A stretch of 64,000 bases of DNA from Candidatus Sumerlaeaceae bacterium. Lineage in GTDB: Bacteria; Sumerlaeota; Sumerlaeia; Sumerlaeales; Sumerlaeaceae. Both the position numbers and the translations under genes were made by a program. The DNA is taken from positions 160,001 through 224,000 of the forward strand of contig JBMFRB010000004.1 in the NCBI GenBank assembly GCA_049968255.1. Reading direction: 5' to 3'. The notes below the pieces were generated by a model. That model made no database searches. It worked only from the letters and a program-made list of their open reading frames with translations, and was not told where the DNA came from. Below, piece by piece: positions 58,384 to 64,000 of this stretch; within the stretch, counting starts at the first letter, position 1, and each line of letters opens with the position of its first letter.

Positions 58384-59430
58384 TTATTGCTTCTCCAACG
58401 CTTGCAGTTGAGCTTTCAGGCTACGCTCTAGTCGATCAAGGGCAGGCATGTTATCAAATTCGTTTTTTAGCGCGATCACTCGCTCCAGAGCTGCCCTGAT
58501 GCCCTCAGCATCATTCTCGGCGAGTTCACGCCGCGTCAGCGCTGACATGCTGCATGCGGCCAGTGTATCTTCCTCGTTGTAGATTGTCCAAGTTTTGCCA
58601 ATGGCGCCGTCCTTCGGTCGCTGGCGTTTCACGAGTTCCACAGCGCGATCAAACGCTTGCAGTGCTTCCTTTTTCTCACCGAGTTCACGCAATAAGTATC
58701 CGCGCATGAGCTCTAGTTGGAAGGCCGTCTTGTTGTGCTGCAATCCATCTTCGACAAACTTCACGGCCTCGCGCAACGCTTTCTCGTTGTGAAGTGTTTT
58801 CAGCCACCAGGCCCCAATCATGTACGCTCGCACATTTTTCGGATCGACGAGCGTGGCAAGCCGATACCACGGCAGCAGCTCCACCCCGCCAATGTGTTGG
58901 TGAGGGAGGCGAGGATCGCGCCACGGTTTCACCTGGCGTTCGAGGTCACCCAAGAAGCCCCGAAAATCGTTTTCCGGCGTGCGAATCAATGTCGCGAGGT
59001 GTTCGTGCCCGTGGTCATGTTCCTCGCCTGCGGTCTTACTGGTTTCGTGTTCCCGCAATGCCGGAGATGACGTTGCCGTGTCGGTTCCATGGCCCGGCTC
59101 AGTGGAGGAACTTTTCATGTGTTCAATGTTTCCCGATGCAGCCAACTCCTCCGCATCAATATGCGGCATATAAGCCACCCCACCATGAAGGTAGCGTTCT
59201 GTTTTGATAAAAAGCATATCACTGAGGTTGGTCCGAAACTCGCCAAGGATTGTGGCTATGGCGCTAGAGTTACGCCGCTGCTGCGCGGCGAAGTCTGAGA
59301 AACGCACCGAATAGGTTTCTTGCGCGGAAATCATTTTCAAAATTGCTGGGACCACAGCAAAGAGCACCGTGGCCGCCCATGTAGCTGCTCTCACGCTTTG
59401 CGCAACGACTGTGTCTTTTCGTTCTGCCAT
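58384..59430 (-). CDS. Membrane-anchored TPR-like protein associated with an ABC exporter
   Basis: Single N-terminal TM, His-rich loop and helical TPR-like C-terminus. Fourth gene of the ABC operon. Confidence 0.6.
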   Translation of the reverse strand: MAERKDTVVAQSVRAATWAATVLFAVVPAILKMISAQETYSVRFSDFAAQQRRNSSAIATILGEFRTNLSDMLFIKTERYLHGGVAYMPHIDAEELAASGNIEHMKSSSTEPGHGTDTATSSPALREHETSKTAGEEHDHGHEHLATLIRTPENDFRGFLGDLERQVKPWRDPRLPHQHIGGVELLPWYRLATLVDPKNVRAYMIGAWWLKTLHNEKALREAVKFVEDGLQHNKTAFQLELMRGYLLRELGEKKEALQAFDRAVELVKRQRPKDGAIGKTWTIYNEEDTLAACSMSALTRRELAENDAEGIRAALERVIALKNEFDNMPALDRLERSLKAQLQALEKQ

Positions 59431-59433
59431 AGT

Positions 59434-60234
59434 TTACAACCCCCTCTTATAGAAACTATAGCACGCCCAGCCGAGGCAAAACGCTGAGACTATGACCGCG
59501 TATCCGAGCCTCAGTGCCACATCAAGTGTTGGTAACGGCGGAATGCCATCTGTGTAGCGATCCACTAAGTTCAAAATTCCAAAATCAGGGATGTAACGTA
59601 CAATCCAATCGATGCATTGGCCCAAGGTCGTTTCGGGGAGGTGCCCTCGCACCGCAGCGCTTATCCGGTGTCCGGCAAGAAGAAGCAAAACAAGGACGAC
59701 AATGTTCACCGACTTAGGCCACCACACGGAAAGGAGAATTCCCATGGCTGCCAGCATTGCCAGCGAAGCCATTTGCAGCATCACAGCCTGGGCGAATGTC
59801 GCTGGGGAAAGTCCAGCCACATAAGGCGCCGGAAGCCAGCACAGCAAAAGAAGGGTAAAGGTCGTAAAAACACCAGCTACCCACGCCGCAAACCACTTTC
59901 CCAAAATGAAGTGATGGCGTGCCACCGGTTTTGCGAGAACTGGATAAATTGTGCGGGCTTCGATTTCATCCGGGAGGGCGCGCACAGCAAAAAGCAAAGC
60001 CATCAAATGGCCGAAAAAGAACGCTAACGAAAGTCCCAGGTTTAGTACGAAAGCTCCTGTTGCAGGATCTTCCACGCCAACGATGCGCACAAGCAAAGCT
60101 CCAACCAAATAAAGCCCCATCAAAAGTAGGAGAGCGTAGAACTCTCGACGGCGCAGAACTTCCAGAAAATGCGCACGCGTTAGGAGCGCGACTGCGCAAT
60201 TCAATGTCACGACACGAGTGCTTGAAGTCGTCAT
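59434..60234 (-). CDS. ABC-2 type permease
   Basis: LP.EIE.RTIY.VLAKPV.R..F..GK motif. Confidence 0.85.
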   Translation of the reverse strand: MTTSSTRVVTLNCAVALLTRAHFLEVLRRREFYALLLLMGLYLVGALLVRIVGVEDPATGAFVLNLGLSLAFFFGHLMALLFAVRALPDEIEARTIYPVLAKPVARHHFILGKWFAAWVAGVFTTFTLLLLCWLPAPYVAGLSPATFAQAVMLQMASLAMLAAMGILLSVWWPKSVNIVVLVLLLLAGHRISAAVRGHLPETTLGQCIDWIVRYIPDFGILNLVDRYTDGIPPLPTLDVALRLGYAVIVSAFCLGWACYSFYKRGL

Positions 60235-61007
60235 AGCGGCTTCCTCCGGAAAAAGAGGTAAGCTAAGCCAAAATAGGCAGACGCATAAACGGCCGCGTAG
60301 ACGGTTAGCGCCCCCATGGTCGACAAGGCTAATGGCTTCCAGGTGTCCGAGTGGACAACCTTCTCGCTCAAGTCAAGCAACCGCAGCTGCGGAACGAGGT
60401 ACAGAACTGCTTTCAGTGCTACCTTCACGTTACTGCCGACGTAGTCATATATGTAGGAAATGCTTGTCATGATAATAGAGGCGGCGAAGTAAAGGATGGC
60501 CCCGATGGTGATTGCTGCGTCCAGGTTTAGCCACATGGAGAGCCAGAATGCTAGTGTAGCCAGGATCAGTAGGGCGAGAAGTTGCAAATAAACAAATTGG
60601 AGCAACAGCCCCGGTGAGAGTTTCGAGCCGATGTAGATGGCCCCTGCAATATAAACAGCCAGGAAGAGAGCATAGGAAAAGGTTGCAGCCAACATCACAC
60701 CCAGAAGTTTGCCAGCCATGAACGTGGCGCGTGAAATTGGCTTGGCAAGAAGGGGATAGATCGTGCGCGCTTCGAATTCGCGCGGCAACTGGCGCGCCGC
60801 TAACACGATGGTTGTCAGGGCCGAGGCAGTGCTCATGACCGCCAGCGAAACCTCGCAGTAGAATTTGCTCAAGCCCCGCAAACCGAAGAAATCTATGGAC
60901 ATAACTCCAGCAATGACCAAACACGACACAAGCACAATGGCATAGATCTCCTTGCGCCGTACCGCTTCAACAAGCACACTACGCGCGATCAGCCATACGG
61001 CTCTCAT
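60231..61007 (-). CDS. ABC-2 type permease
   Basis: LPREFE.RTIYPLLAKPISR..F..GK. Paralogous to the downstream permease. Confidence 0.85.
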   Translation of the reverse strand: MRAVWLIARSVLVEAVRRKEIYAIVLVSCLVIAGVMSIDFFGLRGLSKFYCEVSLAVMSTASALTTIVLAARQLPREFEARTIYPLLAKPISRATFMAGKLLGVMLAATFSYALFLAVYIAGAIYIGSKLSPGLLLQFVYLQLLALLILATLAFWLSMWLNLDAAITIGAILYFAASIIMTSISYIYDYVGSNVKVALKAVLYLVPQLRLLDLSEKVVHSDTWKPLALSTMGALTVYAAVYASAYFGLAYLFFRRKPL

Positions 61008-61948
61008 TTTTGATCCTCCTCTTGGCGCACTTCATGGATAAGATTGATAAAAAAATCTTCCAGCGACTGGCTCTTCGAACTTGTGCTCAGAATTTGAGCT
61101 CCCACTGCAACTAGCTCCGTCACCGCACGTGCATAATCCGCCACATCTCGAATCGTTGCGCGGTACGTCTCGCCCATTTTTTCTACGGAATGCTTCCTCA
61201 GCACATCGGGAAATGCTGCCGAATTTGGCATAACGAATGTGATTTCAAACATGTTGAGTGGCTTGAGCAACTCTTGCACGGGCGCCTGGGTCACAATGCG
61301 CCCTTTGTGAATGATGATGACCCGGTCGCAGAGATTTTCAACCTCCGTCAATTCATGCGAACTGAAGAAAATAGTCCGGCCGCGTTCTTTGAGTTTCATG
61401 AGAACCCGGCGCAGATCGTAGCGCCCGACGGGATCCAAACCGCTGGACAACTCATCGAAGATGAGAAGCTCAGGGTCAGCGATAATGGCTTGGGCAATAC
61501 CAAGCCGCTGCTGCATGCCTTTTGAGTAGCTGCGCAGCAAGACTTCTTCTTTCCCTTTGAGGGCAAGTTCCTCGAAAAGCTCCGGAATCCGGCAGCGCAG
61601 TTCTTCTTTCGGGAGCCCATGAAGACCACCATAAAGTTCGAGTAACTCGCGCCCTTTCATAAAAGGATAATAAAGAGCAACCTCTGGTAAGTAGCCAATT
61701 CGCCGGCGGCTCTCGACTGTTCCGGCTTTAGCGCCGAAAATTCGCACGGTGCCAGCGGTCGGAAAGATAAAGCCCATCAACGTCTTTATTGTGGTGGACT
61801 TGCCGGCGCCGTTTGCCCCCACAAAGCCCACGCATTCCCCCGGATAGATCTCAAAGGAAATGCCGTTGACTGCTCGCACTCGCGTAGCGCCTGAACCGTA
61901 ATCCACCACTAAATCTTGAACTTCCACGATCGGCTGCATATTTTCCAT
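61004..61948 (-). CDS. ABC transporter ATP-binding protein
   Basis: GANGAGKST, YSKGMQQR, FDE..SGLDP and SSH motifs. Confidence 0.93.
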   Translation of the reverse strand: MENMQPIVEVQDLVVDYGSGATRVRAVNGISFEIYPGECVGFVGANGAGKSTTIKTLMGFIFPTAGTVRIFGAKAGTVESRRRIGYLPEVALYYPFMKGRELLELYGGLHGLPKEELRCRIPELFEELALKGKEEVLLRSYSKGMQQRLGIAQAIIADPELLIFDELSSGLDPVGRYDLRRVLMKLKERGRTIFFSSHELTEVENLCDRVIIIHKGRIVTQAPVQELLKPLNMFEITFVMPNSAAFPDVLRKHSVEKMGETYRATIRDVADYARAVTELVAVGAQILSTSSKSQSLEDFFINLIHEVRQEEDQK

Positions 61949-62120
61949 AGGCCGTCCCTCGCTTTGAGTCAGCCGGCCATCTCACGGCCAGCCAAGTCAC
62001 CTCATCCACATCTACTGATTCACAAAATGTCATGCGCAGTGTCTATCAGTTTCCTTTGCAAAACGAATGCCAAAAAGGCCCCATATCGCTGTTGGTCTAA
62101 CTCGTGAGCCGGAGCGAGAC

Positions 62121-63020
62121 ATGATGCGCAAATCGTTTCTTAACGCGGTGGCAGAAGGACAAATCCTGGTTTGTGACGGAGCAGCAGGAACAGAGTTGCA
62201 GCGCCGGGGGCTTCCCTTCGGGCTATGCGGTGACATCTGGAACCTCGACAGTCCCACCGCTGTGGCTGAAGTCCACCGCAGCTATGTAGCCGCGAGAGCC
62301 GATATTCTTCTCACAAACACTTTCAGCACGAACCGTTACCGTTTGGCCCATTTTGGGCTGAGCAATAAAGTTCGCGACATAGCCACCGCCGCCGTGGAAA
62401 TTGCGCGCCGTTCCGCCTGCCCTCAGAATTACATCCTCGGCGACATCGGCCCGCTCGGCGAATTCCTTGAGCCAATTGGAGAAATTACGCGTGCCCAAGC
62501 GGTGTCCGCATTTCAGGAAGTGGCTCAGGTGTTTGCCGACCTTGGGGTGGATGGAATGATCATCGAGACTCTCTCGGCAACGGAAGAAATGGAATGTGCC
62601 GTGGAAGCTGTGCGCAACGTCGCGCCCACCACACCGCTGGTGGCATGCTTTACTTTCGAAAAGACCGCGGCGGGATTGCGCACAATGACTGGCGCCACTC
62701 CGGAGGACTGTGCACGATTGCTCACGGGCCTCCCTGTGGACGTCGTAGGAACGAATTGCGGCGCAAATCTTGACGAAGATTCTTATGTCGAAATTGTGCG
62801 CTGCTTCGCGCAGATCTCAAAACGTCCTGTTCTCGTCGAGCCCAACGCTGGCACGCCGGTGCTGGAAGATGGAAAAATTGTCTACAAAGCTACCCCCGAA
62901 GAGTTGGCCAGTTGGATAAGCCCACTCCTTGCCGCTGGAGCCAAGGTCATCGGCGGATGCTGTGGCACAACCCCCGCCCACATCCGCGCCATTCGCCAAA
63001 CTCTTCAGACTGTGTTGTAA
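62121..63020 (+). CDS. Homocysteine S-methyltransferase domain (stand-alone N-terminal module of MetH)
   Basis: DGA.GT, TNTF, IIET, GTNC, PNAG.P and GGCCGTTP.HI motifs. Confidence 0.88.
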   Translation: MMRKSFLNAVAEGQILVCDGAAGTELQRRGLPFGLCGDIWNLDSPTAVAEVHRSYVAARADILLTNTFSTNRYRLAHFGLSNKVRDIATAAVEIARRSACPQNYILGDIGPLGEFLEPIGEITRAQAVSAFQEVAQVFADLGVDGMIIETLSATEEMECAVEAVRNVAPTTPLVACFTFEKTAAGLRTMTGATPEDCARLLTGLPVDVVGTNCGANLDEDSYVEIVRCFAQISKRPVLVEPNAGTPVLEDGKIVYKATPEELASWISPLLAAGAKVIGGCCGTTPAHIRAIRQTLQTVL

Positions 63021-63086
63021 ACCGAAACTGCAGGCAGGAGTCGATGCTTGCTTCCCCTTCGTCGCGTGGTATGACATCCTAAAAGT

Positions 63087-64000
63087 ATGAGCACAACGTG
63101 GCGAATCCCATTATGCGATCTGACCTACGACGAGCTAGAAGAGCGCGCGGTCCTCGATGTTCTGCGATCGAAATGGCTAACGATTGGGCCCCGAACTCTT
63201 GAGTTCGAGGAACGCCTCGCTGCCTATCTCGGGGTGCGCCATGTCATTGCTGTAGCAAATTGCACCGCTGCGCTTGAACTGGCCTACCGGCTAGCGTTTC
63301 ACACTGCACCAAATCACTCTCGCTTTGTGGTGGTGCCGACCATGACCTTTGTGGCCACGGCAAATGCTGTGATTGCTGCTGGCGGGACGCCAATCCTCGT
63401 GGATTCACTGGCTGACGATGATCCTCGAATAGATCCCAAGGGAGTTGAGCAAGCTATCAATGAGCATGGTGGCGCTCACATCTGCGCTATGCATTATGCA
63501 GGTGTTGACGTTGGGACGCAGCACCTTCAGTTGCTCGCAGAACAAGCAGGAGGCTGGCTCATTGAGGATGCTGCCCACGCCATTGGCGGGACCACAGCTG
63601 CGGGCCTAAAGCTTGGAACCAGCGGCCATTTGGGCTGCTTTTCTTTTTTCTCGAACAAGAATCTTGCCACCGGCGAAGGGGGCGCCCTCGTGACAAATGA
63701 TGACGAACTCGCGCGTTTGGCGCGTCTGCTGCGCGGTCATGGTCTCACATCGAGCACTGCTGAGCGCCACTTTGCTCGGGTCGGTGCTTATGACGTCGTC
63801 GAGTTTGGTCACAACTTCCGGTGGACAGAGATCAGCGCTGCCCTTGGTCTTGTTCAACTCGTAAAACTCGACGAGATGAATCAGCGCCGGCGCGAATTGC
63901 TTCGGCGATACGCAGGGAATCTAGAGGGTACGAAGGGAGCGAGAATTCTCTTTGCCGAAGACGCCACACTACCCCACAGCGCGGCCCACCTCTGTGTGGC
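63087..64000 (+). CDS. DegT/DnrJ/EryC1/StrS aminotransferase (3'-truncated by window)
   Basis: Hand translation (absent from the ORF track): MSTTWRIPL...WLTIGP...NCTAAL...TFVATAN...EDAAHA...FSFFSNKNLATGEGG. Confidence 0.9.
   Translation, partial: MSTTWRIPLCDLTYDELEERAVLDVLRSKWLTIGPRTLEFEERLAAYLGVRHVIAVANCTAALELAYRLAFHTAPNHSRFVVVPTMTFVATANAVIAAGGTPILVDSLADDDPRIDPKGVEQAINEHGGAHICAMHYAGVDVGTQHLQLLAEQAGGWLIEDAAHAIGGTTAAGLKLGTSGHLGCFSFFSNKNLATGEGGALVTNDDELARLARLLRGHGLTSSTAERHFARVGAYDVVEFGHNFRWTEISAALGLVQLVKLDEMNQRRRELLRRYAGNLEGTKGARILFAEDATLPHSAAHLCV

Overview
Gene-dense bacterial chromosomal window of about 55% GC (by eye) with roughly 50 CDSs. I saw no rRNA, tRNA, CRISPR array or transposase. 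Housekeeping and metabolic genes include cimA (partial), hisH, a microcompartment-type aldehyde dehydrogenase, tkt, tal-pgi, ispD/F, murC, nuoJKLMN, larB/C, a galT-like gene, an alpha-glucan locus, ABC genes, a RACo-type corrinoid activator, a split MetH domain and a partial DegT aminotransferase. The most notable feature is a clear cobalamin riboswitch (minus strand, about 30502-30673) heading a secreted surface protein that is translationally coupled to a pilin-like protein. That surface protein and an unrelated secreted Kelch-like protein 19 kb away both end in D-W-x-L-Y-E-stop, which points to an apparently uncharacterised C-terminal sorting signal and possibly a pilin-associated B12 capture system. 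Other oddities are an orphan CARF-HEPN (TIGR02710-like) gene, a sugar permease with a PDZ-like insertion, and degenerate YyaL and GalT homologues. The gene style suggests a Sumerlaeota (BRC1) or PVC-like lineage; this is inference from recall, not a database result. Several starts were moved from the ORF track to codons with an RBS or stop/start coupling.
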